This document shows, one piece after another, positions 1-17,846 of a DNA stretch of 64,000 nucleotides. The notes below the pieces were generated by a model that saw only the letters and a program-made list of their open reading frames with translations, searched no databases and was not told where the DNA came from. The translations under genes were made by a program, and so were the position numbers. This stretch comes from the human T2T-CHM13v2.0 reference genome, Homo sapiens, in NCBI RefSeq assembly GCF_009914755.1, contig NC_060948.1. The stretch is one strand, 5' to 3'. Position 1 is the stretch's first letter; each line of letters begins with the position of its first letter.

Positions 1-619
1 ATATATTATATTATTTCACATTACATAATATATATTACATATCACCCAATATAAGTAACATACATAATATTATAATATAGATTATATTATGTTATATTAA
101 ATATCATATATATCATGTATCATATATTCTATAATATATATTACACATTATATAATATGTATGTTGTCTATTTTGTGATATATAAAACTATATATATAAT
201 TATATTATTATACATATAACTAGATAAACATGTAATTATACATATTTTCATTTGTAATATATAGAATTATATAATCATATATAATTATTTATATTCTATA
301 AAAAATTATATCATTATATAAATTATAATATAAAAAAATTATAATATGTACTACAAATATATATATTATATATCATATATGATATAGTACCTTTGTTATA
401 TATCATAATACATATAAATGTGTATTATGTTATCTATAATTATATAATTTCATATATAAGATGTATAATATGTATTATATATTGTCTATGTTATGTAATA
501 TATATAGTATATGTAAGCTGACACAGGATAAATATTATATACTATGACATATAAAATATATGAGGTTATATGTTACATATAAGGCATAGCACATAACATG
601 TAATATATATTATATATAA
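1..619. repeat. AT-rich simple-repeat subunit (partial, end of preceding unit)
   Basis: Very AT-rich degenerate TA/heptamer sequence, homologous to 2418-3036. Confidence 0.9.
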
Positions 620-911
<292 letters not shown>

Positions 912-1480
912 AGATCCATATTTTTTAAATGAAAAAAAATTTCACAGGTACTCTGCTTGGTACAATAATCAAATGTATAAACTGAGGAATAAAACATAAC
1001 CATGAAACCTACTTATAACTGCATATGGAAAATACAGAGGATAATTTTTTAAATAACATATTTTGAAAGCCTTAACTAGTAATTTGAAGAGTTGGCATTT
1101 GAAAGGCCAGTATGAATATACCTTCAAAGCAGCAACACAGGTTCCCCATGAGAAAAAGCAAACTCAGGGAAAATAAAACCACAAAGGTTCAATCTCTTCT
1201 GACCTTTGAAAGACACAGCACAGACAGTGGTCCTTAGGACGAAGAGCAGGAGACCCCTAATTCCGTCACCATGGCGATAGGGCATAAACATTGCTGGGTG
1301 AGGGCACAATCCACATTGAGAGGTCCAACTGCTGCCAGGAAGACAGGAGTGCTTTTACATAGACCGAAAGGTCATTGAAGGCTCAGAGTTTTGTTTCAAG
1401 AACTGAATCCCAAGCCCACACGTTATTAGGCTGCGCTTCTTAAAACAAGTTATGAGATGGGAAAAAGGGCACCCACAAAC
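912..1480. repeat. HSATI-like subunit of U1 (representative; directly follows the Alu in U1-U26, truncated by the window edge in U27)
   Basis: ~570-bp higher-complexity segment between Alu and AT-rich block. The name comes from known DYZ2 structure, not from an alignment. Boundaries approximate. Confidence 0.75.
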
Positions 1481-3036
1481 ATACGTATACATTATGTATA
1501 TAATAATATACAGTATCATATATATAATATATATAACCTATGTATTATATTGTTTTACATCCTGCATCTTATATTATATATATTGTCTAAAATATAATAA
1601 TTCATAATACATAACGTTTATATTTATACAATATGACATATAGTATATATTATAATTTATGACATATATAATATATGTTATATATCATATATAGAATATA
1701 TTATACGGTTAATATACGTATTAAATATGAATTATACATTATATATATTATATATAATATATCTGTTATATATAATACCCATTATGCATAATATATATAT
1801 TATGTCTATGTTACATATAGTATAAAACAACATATAATAATATATAATTGTATATATAAAATGCGACATATAATATATATTTTATTTTAAGACATATGTA
1901 ATATATATTATATATTATATATAATATGTTGTATGTATAATACCTATATTAAATATATATTATATGACTATGTTATTAATTACATGTCACATATGATATA
2001 TATTATATATTTTACATAGAATATACCGGTTACATACAATTTATACTATGTTACCTATAATGTATAATTGATTACATGTAAAATAAAGAATGCAATATAT
2101 TATGTATAATTTATAATATACAATATGTGGAATGTGATATATATAACATATAATATATGATATATGATATACAGTATATGATATATAACATACAATATAT
2201 GATACCTAATATATATGGTATACAATATATATTTTATGATATGTATTCTATATGTTTTATATTCTGTTATATATAACTATTTGAAATTATAGATAACTGT
2301 ATATTTTATGTAAATATGTAATATAATATATATAACTATATAATATATTATATATAACTATATATTATGTTATATATACTTTTATAACGTAATTTACATA
2401 AAATGTCATAATATAATATATATTATATTATTTCACATTACATAATATATATTACATATCACCCAATATAAGTAACATACATAATATTATAATATAGATT
2501 ATATTATGTTATATTAAATATCATATATATCATGTATCATATATTCTATAATATATATTACACATTATATAATATGTATGTTGTCTATTATGTGATATAT
2601 ATAACTATATATATAATTATATTTTTATACATATAACTAGATAAACATGTAATTCTACATATTTTCATTTATAATATGTAGAATTATATAATCATATATA
2701 ATTATTTACATTCTATAAAAAATTTTATCATTATATAAATTATAATATATAAAAATTATAATATGTACTACAAATATATATATTATATATCATATATGAT
2801 ATAGTACCTTTGTTATATATCATAATACATATAAATGTGTATTATGTTATCTATAATTATATAATTTCATATATAAGTTGTATAATATGTATCATATATT
2901 ATATATGTTATGTAATATATATAGTATATATAAGATGACACAGGATAAATATTATATACTATGACATATAAAATATATGAGGTTATATGTTACATATAAG
3001 GCATAGCACATAACATGTAATATATATCATATATAA
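1481..3036. repeat. AT-rich simple-repeat subunit of U1 (representative, ~1.55 kb in every unit)
   Basis: Degenerate TA and ATATATG-type repeats, with a single ACCGGT per unit at 2025-2030. Confidence 0.9.
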
Positions 3037-3328
<292 letters not shown>

Positions 3329-5456
3329 AGATCCATATTTTTTAAATGAAAAAAAATTTCAAAGGTACTCTGCTTGGTACAATAATCAAATGTATAAACT
3401 GAGGAATAAAACATAACCATGAAACCTACTTATAACTGCATATGGAAAATACAGAGGATAATTTTTTAAATAACATATTTTGAAAGCCTTAACTAGTAAT
3501 TTGAAGAGTTGGCATTTGTAAGGCCATTATGAATATACCTTCAAAGCAGCAACACAGGTTCCCCATGAGAAAAAGCAAACTCAGGGAAAATAAAACCACA
3601 AAAGTTCAATCTCTTCTGACCTTTGAAAGACACAGCACAGACAGTGGTCCTTAGGACGAAGAGCAGGAGACCCCTAATTCCGTCACCATGGCGATAGGGC
3701 ATAAACATTGCTGGGTGAGGGCACAATCCACATTGTGAGGTCCAACTGCTGCCAGGAAGACAGGAGTGCTTTTACATAGACCGAAAGGTCATTGAAGGCT
3801 CAGAGTTTTGTTTCAAGAACTGAATCCCAAGCCCACACGTTATTAGGCTGCGCTTCTTAAAACAAGTTATGAGATGGGAAAAAGGGCACCCACAAACATA
3901 CGTATACATTATGTATATAATAATATACAGTATCATATATAAAATATGTATAACCAATGTATAATATTGTTTTACATCCTGCATCTTATATTATATATAT
4001 TGTCTAAAATATAATAATTGATAATATATAAGTTTTATATTTATACAATATGACATATAGTATATATTATAATTTATGACATATATAATATATGTTATAT
4101 ATCATATATAGAATATATTATACGGTTAATATACGTATTAAATATAAATTATACATTATATATATTATATAAAATATATCTGTTATATATAATACCCATT
4201 ATGCATAATATATATATTATGTCTATGTTATATATAGTATAAAACAACATATAGTAATATATAATTGTATATATAAAATGTGACATATAATATATATTAT
4301 ATTTTATGACATATGTAATATATATTATATATTATATATAATACGTTGTATGTATAATACCTATATTAAATATATATTATATGACTATGTTATTAATTAC
4401 ATGTCACATATGTTATATATTATATATTTTACATAGAATATACCGGTTACATACAATATATACTATGTTACCTATAATGTATAATTGATTACATGTAAAA
4501 TAAAGAATGCAATATATTATGTATAATTTATAATATACAATATGTGGAATGTGATATATATAACATATAATATATGATATATGATATACAGTATATGATA
4601 TATAACATACAATATATGATACCTAATATAAATGGTATACAATATATAATTTAAGATATGTATTCTATATGTTTTATATTCTGTTATATATAACTATTTG
4701 AAATTATATATAACTGTATAATATTTTATGTAAATATGTAATATAATATATATAACTATATAATATATTATATATAACTATATATTATGTTATATATACT
4801 TTTATAACATAATTTACATAAAATGTCATAATATAATGTATATTATATTATTTCACATTACATAATATATATTACATATCACCCAATATAAGTAACATAC
4901 ATAATATTATAATATAGATTATATTATGTTATATTAAATATCATATATATCATGTATCATATATTCTATAATATATATTACACATTATATAATATGTATG
5001 TTGTCTATTTTGTGATATATAAAACTATATATATAATTATATTATTATACATATAACTAGATAAACATGTAATTCTACATATTTTCATTTATAATATGTA
5101 GAATTATATAATCATATATAATTATTTATATTCTATAAAAAATTATATCATTATATAAATTATAATATAAAAAAATTATAATATGTACTACAAATATACA
5201 TATTATATATCATATATGATATAGTACCTTTGTTATATATCATAATACATATAAATGTGTATTATGTTATCTATAATTATATAATTTCATATATAAGATG
5301 TATAATATGTATTATATATTGTCTATGTTATGTAATATATCTAGTATATGTAAGCTGACACAGGATAAATATTATATACTATGACATATAAAATATATGA
5401 GGTTATATGTTACATATAAGGCATAGCACATAACATGTAATATATATCATATATAA

Positions 5457-5748
<292 letters not shown>

Positions 5749-7851
5749 AGATCCATATTTTTTAAATGAAATAAAATTTCAAAGGTACTCTGCTTGGTAC
5801 AATAATCAAATGTATAAACTGAGGAATAAAACATAACCATGAAACCTACTTATAACTGCATATGGAAAATACAGAGGATAATTTTTTAAATACCATATTT
5901 TGAAAGCCTTAACTAGTAATTTGAAGACTTGGCATTTGAAAGGCCAGTATGAATATACCTTCAAAGCAGCAACACAGGTTCCCCATGAGAAAAAGCAAAC
6001 TCAGGGAAAATAAAACCACAAAGGTTCAATCTCTTCTGACCTTTGAAAGACACAGCACAGACAGTGGTCCTTAGGAAGAAGAGCAGGAGACCCCTAATTC
6101 CGTCACCATGGCGATAGGGCATAAACATTGCTGGGTGAGGGCACAATCCACATTGAGAGGTCCAACTGCTGCCAGGAAGACAGGAGTGCTTTTACATAGA
6201 CCGAAAGGTCATTGAAGGCTCAGAGTTTTGTTTCAAGAACTGAATCCCAAGCCCACACGTTATTAGGCTGCGCTTCTTAAAACAAGTTATGAGATGGGAA
6301 AAAGGGCACCCACAAACATACGTATACATAATGTATATAATAATATACAGTATCATATATATAATATATATAACCTATGTATAATATTGTTTTACATCAT
6401 GCATCTTATATTATATATATTGTATAAAATATAATAATTCATAATATATAACGTTTATATTTATACAATATGACATGTAGTATATATTATAATTTATGAC
6501 ATATATAATATATGTTATATATCATATATAGAATATATTATACGGTTAATATACGTATTAAATATAAATTATACATTATATATATTATATAAAATATATG
6601 TTATATATAATACCCTTTATGCATAATATATATATTATGTCTATGTTATATATAGTATAAAACAACATATAATAATATATAATTGTATATATAAAATGCG
6701 ACATATAATATATATTATATTTTATGACATATGTAATATATATTATATATTATATATAATACGTTGTATGTATAATACCTATATTAAATATATATTATAT
6801 GACTATGTTATTAATTACATGTCACATATGTTATATATTACATATTTTACATAGAATATACCGGTTACATGCAATATATACTATGTTACCTATAATGTAT
6901 AATTGATTACATGTAAAATAAAGAATGCAATATATTATGTATAATTTATAATATACAATATGTGGAATGTGATATATATAACATATAATATATGATATAT
7001 GATATACAGTATATGATATATAACATACAATATATGATACCTAATATATATGGTATACAATATATATTTTATGATATGTATTCTATATGTTTTATATTCT
7101 GTTATATATAACTATTTGAAATTATATATAACTGTATAATATTTTATGCAAATATATAATATAATATATATAACTATATAATATATTATATATAACTATA
7201 TATTATGTTATATATACTTTTATAACATAATTTACATTAAATATCATAATATAATATATATTATATTATTTCACATTACATAATATATATTACATATCAC
7301 CCAATATAAGTAACATACATAATATTATAATATAGATTATATTATGTTATATTAAATATCATATATATCATGTATCATATATTCTATAATATATATTACA
7401 CATTATATAATATGTATGTTGTCTATTATGTGATATATATAACTATATATATAATTATATTATTATACATATAACTAGATAAACATGTAATTCTACATAT
7501 TTTCATTTATAATATATAGAATTATATAATCATATATAATTATTTATATTCTATAAAAAATTATATCATTATATAAATTATAATATAAAAAAATTATAAT
7601 ATGTACTACAAATATACATATTATATATCATATATGATATAGTACCTTTGTTATATATCATAATAAATATAAATGTGTATTATGTTATCTATAATTATAT
7701 AATTTCATATATAAGATGTATAATATGTATCATATATTATATATGTTATGTAATATATCTAGTATATATAAGCTGACACAGGATAAATATTATATACTAT
7801 GACATATAAAATATATGAGGTTATATGTTACATATAAGGCATAGCCCATAA

Positions 7852-8166
<315 letters not shown>

Positions 8167-10294
8167 AGATCCATATTTTTTAAATGAAAAAAAATTTCAA
8201 AGGTACTCTGCTTGGTACAATAATCAAATGTATAAACTGAGGAATAAAACATAACCATGAAACCTACTTATAACTGCATATGGAAAATACAGAGGATAAT
8301 TTTTTAAATAACATATTTTGAAAGCCTTAACTAGTAATTTGAAGAGTTGGCATTTGAAAGGCCAGTATGAATATACCTTCAAAGCAGCAACACAGGTTCC
8401 CCATGAGAAAAAGCAAACACAGGGAAAATAAAAACACAAAGGTTCAATCTCTTCTGACCTTTGAAAGACACAGCACAGACAGTGGTCCTTAGGACGAAGA
8501 GCAGGAGACCCCTAATTCCGTCACCATGGCGATAGGGCATAAACATTGCTGAGTGAGGGCACAATCCACATTGTGAGGTCCAACTGCTGCCAGGAAGACA
8601 GGAGTGCTTTTACATAGACCGAAAGGTCATTGAAGGCTCAGAGTTTTGTTTCAAGAACTGAATCCCAAGCCCACACGTTATTAGGCTGCGCTTCTTAAAA
8701 CAAGTTATGAGATGGGAAAAAGGGCACCCACAAACATACGTATACATTATGTATATAATAATATACAGTATCATATATATAATATATATAACCTATGTAT
8801 AATATTGTTTTACATCCTGCATCTTATGTTATATATATTGTATAAAATATAATAATTGATAATATATAAGTTTTATAATTATACAGTATGACATATAGTA
8901 TATATTATAATTTATGACATATATAATATATGTCATATATCATATATAGAATATATTATACGGTTAATATACGTATTAAATATAAATTATACATTATATA
9001 TATTATATATAATATATCTGTTATATATAATACCCATTATGCATAATATATATATTATATCTATGTTATATATAGTATAAAACAACATATAATAATATAT
9101 AATTGTATATATAAAATGCGACATATAATATATATTATATTTTATAACATATGTAATATATATTATATATTATATATAATACGTTGTATGTATAATACCT
9201 ATATTAAATATATATTATATGACTATGTTATTAATTACATGTCACATGAGTTATATATTATATATTTTACATAGAATATACCGGTTACATACAATATATA
9301 CTATGTTACCTACAATGTATAATTTATTACATGTAAAATAAAGAATGCAGTATATTATGTATAATTTATGATATACAATATGTGGAATGTGATATATATA
9401 ACATATAATATATGATATATGATATACAGTATATGATATATAACATACAATATATGATTCCTAATATATATGGTATACAATATATATTTTATGATATGTA
9501 TTCTATATGTTTTATATTCAGTTATATATAACTATTTGAAATTATATATAACTGTATAATATTTTATATAAATATGTAATATAATATATATAACTATATA
9601 ATATATTATATATAACTATATATTATGTTATATATACTTTTATAACATAATTTACATAAAATATCATAATATAATGTATAATATATTATTTCATATTACA
9701 TAATATATATTACATATCACCCAATATAACTAACATACATAATATTATAATATAGATTATATTATGTTATATTATATATCATATATATCATGTATCATAT
9801 ATTCTATAATATATATTACACATTATATAATATGTATGTTGTCTATTATGTGATATATATAACTCTATATATAATTATATTTTTATACATATAACTAGAT
9901 AAACATGTAATTCTACATATTTTCATTTATAATATGTACAATTATATAATCATATATAATTATTTATATTCTATAAAAAATTTTATCATTATATAAATTA
10001 TAATATATAAAAATTATAATATGTACTACAAATATATATATTATATATCATATATGATATAGTACCTTTGTTATATATCATAATACATATAAATGTGTAT
10101 TATGTTATCTATAATTATATAATTTCATATATAAGATGTATAATATGTATCATATATTATATATGTTATGTAATATATACAGTATATATAAGATGACACA
10201 GGATAAATATTATATACTATGACATATAAAATATATGAGGTTATATGTTACATATAAGGCATAGCACATAACATGTAATATATAACATATATAA

Positions 10295-10586
10295 TTTTTT
10301 TTTAGACAGAATCTTGTCCTGTTGCACAGGGTGGGGTACAATGGCGCCATCTTTGCTCACTGCAACTTCTGCCTCACGGGTCCAAGCGATTGTCCTCCCT
10401 CAGCCTCCCAGGTAGCTGGGACTACACCACACTGGGACTACACCAGCTGCCACCATGCCTAGCTAATTTTTTGGATTTTTAGTAGTGACAGCCTTTCACT
10501 GCATTGGCCAGGATGGTCTTGATCTCTTCACCTTGTGATCCCCTTGCCTTGGCCTCCAAATTTGCTGGGATTACAGGCCTGAGCCA
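10295..10586 (-). mobile_element. Alu, U5
   Basis: Copy of 620-911. Confidence 0.95.
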
Positions 10587-12714
10587 AGATCCATATTTTT
10601 TAAATGAAAAAAAATTTCAAAGGTACTCTGCTTGGTACAATAATCAAATGTATAAACTGAGGAATAAAACATAACCATGAAACCTACTTATAACTGCATA
10701 TGGAAAATACAGAGGATAATTTTTTAAATAACATATTTTGAAAGCCTTAACTAGTAATTTGAAGAGTTGGCATTTGAAAGGCCAGTATGAATATACCTTC
10801 AAAGCAGCAACACAGGTTCCCCATGAGAAAAAGCAAACACAGGGAAAATAAAAACACAAAGGTTCAATCTCTTCTGACCTTTGAAAGACACAGCACAGAC
10901 AGTGGTCCTTAGGACGAAGAGCAGGAGACCCCTAATTCCGTCACCATGGCGATAGGGCATAAACATTGCTGGGTGAGGGCACAATCCACATTGTGAGGTC
11001 CAACTGCTGCCAGGAAGACAGGAGTGCTTTTACATAGACCGAAAGGTCATTGAAGGCTCAGAGTTTTGTTTCAAGAACTGAATCCCAAGCCCACACGTTA
11101 TTACGCTGCGCTTCTTAAAACAAGTTATGAGATGGGAAAAAGGGCACCCACAAACATACGTATACATTATGTATATAATAATATACAGTATCATATATAT
11201 AATATATATAACCTATGTATAATATTGTTTTACATCCTGCATCTTATATTATATATATTGTATAAAATATAATAATTGATAATATATAAGTTTTATAATT
11301 ATACAATATGACATATAGTATATATTATAATTTATGACATATATAATATATGTTATATATCATATATAGAATATATTATACGGTTAATATACGTATTAAA
11401 TATAAATTATACATTATATATATTATATATAATATATCTGTTATATATAATACCCATTATGCATAATATATATATTATCTCTATGTTATATATAGTATAA
11501 AACAACATATAATAATATATAATTGTATATATAAAATGCGACATATAATATATATTATATTTTATAACATATGTAATATATATTATATATTATATATAAT
11601 ACGTTGTATGTATAATACCTATATTAAATATATATTATATGACTATGTTATTAATTACATGTCACATGTGTTATATATTATATATGTTACATAGAATATA
11701 CCGGTTACATACAATATATACTATGTTACCTATAATGTATAATTTATTACATGTAAAATAAAGAATGCAATATATTATGTATAATTTATAATATACAATA
11801 TGTGGAATGTGATATATATAACATATAATATATGATATATGATATACAGTATATGATATATAACATACAATATATGATACCTAATATATATGGTATACAA
11901 TATATATTTTAAGATATGTATTCTATATGTTTTATATTCTGTTATATATAAGTATTTGAAATTATATATAACTGTATAATATTTTATGTAAATATGTAAT
12001 ATAATATATATAACTATATAATATATTATATATAACTCTATATTATGTTATATATACTTTTATAACATAATTTACATAAAATGTCATAATATAATATATA
12101 TTATATTATTTCACATTACATAATATATATTACATATCACCCAATATAAGTAACATACATAATATTATAATATATATTATATTATGTTATATTAAATATC
12201 ATATATATCATGTATCATATATTCTATAATATATATTACACATTATATAATATGTATGTTGTCTATTTTCTGATATATAAAACTATATATATAATTATAT
12301 TATTATACATATAACTAGATAAACATATAATTCTACATATTTTCATTTGTAATATATAGAATTATATAATCATATATAATTATTTATATTCTATAAAAAA
12401 TTATATCATTATATAAATTATAATATAAAAAAATTATAATATGTACTACAAATATACATATTATATATCATATATGATATAGTACCTTTGTTATATATCA
12501 TAATACATATAAATGTGTATTATGTTATCTATAATTATATAATTTCATATATAAGATGTATAATATGTATTATATATTGTCTATGTTATGTAATATATAT
12601 AGTATATGTAAGCTGACACAGGATAAATATTATATACTATGACATATAAAATATATGAGGTTATATGTTACATATAAGGCATAGCACATAACATGTAATA
12701 TATATCATATATAA

Positions 12715-13006
<292 letters not shown>

Positions 13007-15134
13007 AGATCCATATTTTTTAAATGAAAAAAAATTTCAAAGGTACTCTGCTTGGTACAATAATCAAATGTATAAACTGAGGAATAAAACATAACCATGA
13101 AACCTACTTATAACTGCATATGGAAAATACAGAGGATAATTTTTTAAATAACATATTTTGAAAGCCTTAACTAGTAATTTGAAGAGTTGGCATTTGAAAG
13201 GCCAGTATGAATATACCTTCAAAGCAGCAACACAGGTTCCCCATGAGAAAAAGCAAACACAGGGAAAATAAAAACACAAAGGTTCAATCTCTTCTGACCT
13301 TTGAAAGACACAGCACAGACAGTGGTCCTTAAGACGAAGAGCAGGAGACCCCTAATTCCGTCACCATGGCGATAGGGCATAAACATTGCTGGGTGAGGGC
13401 ACAATCCACATTGTGAGGTCCAACTGCTGCCAGGAAGACAGGAGTGCTTTTACATAGACCGAAAGGTCATTGAAGGCTCAGAGTTTTGTTTCAAGAACTG
13501 AATCCCAAGCCCACACGTTATTACGCTGCGCTTCTTAAAACAATTTATGAGATGGGAAAAAGGGCACCCACAAACATACGTATACATTATGTATATAATA
13601 ATATACAGTATCATATATATAATATATATGACCTATGTATAATATTGTTTTACATCCTGCATCTTATGTTATATATATTGTATAAAATATAATAATTGAT
13701 AATATATAAGTTTTATAATTATACAATATGACATATAGTATATATTATAATTTATGACATATATAATATATGTTATATATCATATATAGAATATATTATA
13801 CGGTTAATATACGTATTAAATATAAATTATACATTATATATATTATATATAATATATCTATTATATATAATACCCATTATGCATAATATATATATTATGT
13901 CTATGTTATATATAGTATAAAACATCATATAATAATATATAATTGTATATATAAAATGCGACATATAATATATATTATATTTTATAACATATGTAATATA
14001 TATTATATATTATATATAATACGTTGTATGTATAATACCTATATTAAATATAAATTATATGACTATGTTATTAATTACATGTCACATGTGTTATATATTA
14101 TATATTTTACATAGAATATACCGGTTACATACAATATATACTATGTTACCTATAATGTATAATTTATTACATGTAAAATAAAGAATGCAATATATTATGT
14201 ATAATTTATAATATACAATATGTGGAATGTGATATATGTAACATATAATATATGATATATGATATACAGTATATGATATATAACATACAATATATGATTC
14301 CTAATATATATGGTATACAATATATATTTTATGATATGTATTCTATATGTTTTATATTCTGTTATATATAACTATTTGAAATTATATATAACTGTATAAT
14401 ATTTTATGTAAATATGTAATATAATATATATAACTATATAATATATTATATATAACTATATATTATGTTATATATACTTTTATAACATAATTTACATAAA
14501 ATATCATAATACAATGTATAATATATTATTTCATATTACATAATATATATTACATATCACCCAATATAACTAACATACATAATATTATAATATAGATTAT
14601 ATTATGTTATATTATATATCATATATATCATGTATCATATATTCTATAATATATATTACACATTATATAATATGTATGTTGTCTATTATGTGATATATAT
14701 AACTCTATATATAATTATATTTTTATACATATAACTAGATAAACATGTAATTCTACATATTTTCATTTATAATATGTACAATTATATAATCATATATAAT
14801 TATTTATATTCTATAAAAAATATTATCATTATATAAATTATAATATATAAAAATTATAATATGTACTACAAATATATATATTATATATCATATATGATAT
14901 AGTACCTTTGTTATATATCATAATACATATAAATGTGTATTATGTTATCTATAATTATATAATTTCATATATAAGATGTATAATATGTATCATATATTAT
15001 ATATGTTATGTAATATATACAGTATATATAAGATGACACAGGATAAATATTATATACTATGACATATAAAATATATGAGGTTATATGTTACATATAAGGC
15101 ATAGCACATAACATGTAATATATACCATATATAA

Positions 15135-15426
15135 TTTTTTTTTAGACAGAATCTTGTCCTGTTGCACAGGGTGGGGTACAATGGCGCCATCTTTGCTCAC
15201 TGCAACTTCTGCCTCACGGGTCCAAGCGATTGTCCTCCCTCAGCCTCCCAGGTAGCTGGGACTACACCACACTGGGACTACACCAGCTGCCACCATGCCT
15301 AGCTAATTTTTTGGATTTTTAGTAGTGACAGCCTTTCACTGTATTGGCCAGGATGGTCTTGATCTCTTCACCTTGTGATCCCCTTGCCTTGGCCTCCAAA
15401 TTTGCTGGGATTACAGGCCTGAGCCA
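15135..15426 (-). mobile_element. Alu, U7
   Basis: Copy of 620-911. Confidence 0.95.
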
Positions 15427-17531
15427 AGATCCATATTTTTTAAATGACAAAAAATTTCAAAGGTACTCTGCTTGGTACAATAATCAAATGTATAAACTGA
15501 GGAATAAAACATAACCATGAAACCTACTTATAACTGCATATGGAAAATACAGAGGATAATTTTTTAAATAACATATTTTGAAAGCCTTAACTAGTAATTT
15601 GAAGAGCTGGCATTTGAAAGGCCAGTATGAATATACCTTCAAAGCAGCAACACAGGTTCCCCATGAGAAAAAGCAAACACAGGGAAAATAAAAACACAAA
15701 GGTTCAATCTCTTCTGACCTTTGAAAGACACAGCACAGACAGTGGTCCTTAGGACGAAGAGCAGGAGACCCCTAATTCCGTCACCATGGCGATAGGGCAT
15801 AAACATTGCTGGGTGAGGGCACAATCCACATTGTGAGGTCCAACTGCTGCCAGGAAGACAGGAGTGCTTTTACATAGACCGAAAGGTCATTGAAGGCTCA
15901 GAGTTTTGTTTCAAGAACTGAATCCCAAGCCCACACGTTATTAGGCTGCGCTTCTTTAAACAAGTTATGAGATGGGAAAAAGGGCACCCACAAACATACG
16001 TATACATTATGTATATAATAATATACAGTATCATATATATAATATATATAACCTATGTATAATATTGTTTTACATCCTGCATCTTATGTTATATATATTG
16101 TATAAAATATAATAATTGATAATATATAAGTTTTATATTTATACAATATGACATATAGTATATATTATAATTTATGACATATATAATATATGTTATATAT
16201 CATATATAGAATATATTATACGGTTAATATACGTATTAAATATAAATTATACATTATATATATTATATATAATATATCTGTTATATATAATACCCATTAT
16301 GCATAATATATATATTATGTCTATGTTATATATAGTATAAAACAACATATAATAATATATAATTGTATATATAAAATGCGACATATAAAATATATTATAT
16401 TTTATGACATATGTAATATATATTATATATTATATATAATACGTTGTATGTATAATACCTATATTAAATATATATTATATGACTATGTTATTAATTACAT
16501 GTCACATGTGTTATATATTATTTATTTTACATAGAATATACCGGTTACATACAATATATACTATGTTACCTATAATGTATAATTTATTACATGTAAAATA
16601 AAGAATGCAATATATTATGTATAATTTATAATATACCATATGTGGAATGTGATATATATAACATATAATATATGATATATGATATACAGTATATGATATA
16701 TAACATACAATATATGATTCCTAATATATATGGTATACAATATATATTTTATGATATGTATTCTATATGTTTTATATTCTGTTATATATAACTATTTGAA
16801 ATTATATATAACTGTATAATATTTTATGTAAATATGTAATATAATATATATAACTATATAATATATTATATATAACTATATATTATGTTATATATACTTT
16901 TATAACATAATTTACATAAAATATCATAATATAATATATATTATATTATTTCATATTACATAATATATATTACATATCACCCAATATAACTAACATACAT
17001 AATATTATAATATAGATTATATTGTGTTATATTAAATATCATATATATCATGTATCATATATTCTATAATATATATTACACATTATATAATATGTATGTT
17101 GTCTATTATGTGATATATATGACAATATATATAATTATATTTTTATACATATAACTAGATAAACATGTAATTCTACATATTTTCATTTATAATATGTAGA
17201 ATTATATAATCATATATAATTATTTATATTCTATAAAAAATTTTATCTTTATATAAATTATAATATATAAAAATTATAATATGTTCTTCAAATATATATA
17301 TTATATATCATATATGCTATAGTACCTTTGTTATATATCATAATACATATAAATGTGTATTATGTTATCTATAATTATATAATTTCATATATAAGTTGTA
17401 TAATATGTATCATATATTATATATGTTATGTAATATATATAGTATATATAAGATGACACAGGATAAATATTATATACTATGACATATAAAATATATGAGG
17501 TTATATGTTACATATTAGGCATAGCACATAA

Positions 17532-17846
<315 letters not shown>

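Noticed and set aside
1124-1309. Recurring 61-aa minus-strand ORF (MCPHPAMF...)
   Set aside because: Short, no recognisable domain, non-ATG start, repeated only because the satellite repeats; broken by a stop in U24, and many of its variants are non-synonymous.
2127-2136. TGGAATG as an HSat3/DYZ1 remnant
   Set aside because: Single pentamer that fits the local heptamer register; no (GGAAT)n run anywhere in the window.
1481-3036. TATA boxes and AATAAA poly(A) signals
   Set aside because: Expected by chance at this AT content, with no associated gene.
8224-8439. Recurring 71-aa minus-strand ORF (MCFYFPCV...)
   Set aside because: Chance frame overlapping the other ORF in HSATI-like DNA; absent in U1-U3 and U25; its F/Y/L/I bias reflects AT content.
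11066-11272. 68-aa ORFs in U5/U6 and the 70-aa ORF at 3772-3984
   Set aside because: Stop-loss variants running through AT-rich microsatellite, giving low-complexity I/Y/N translation.
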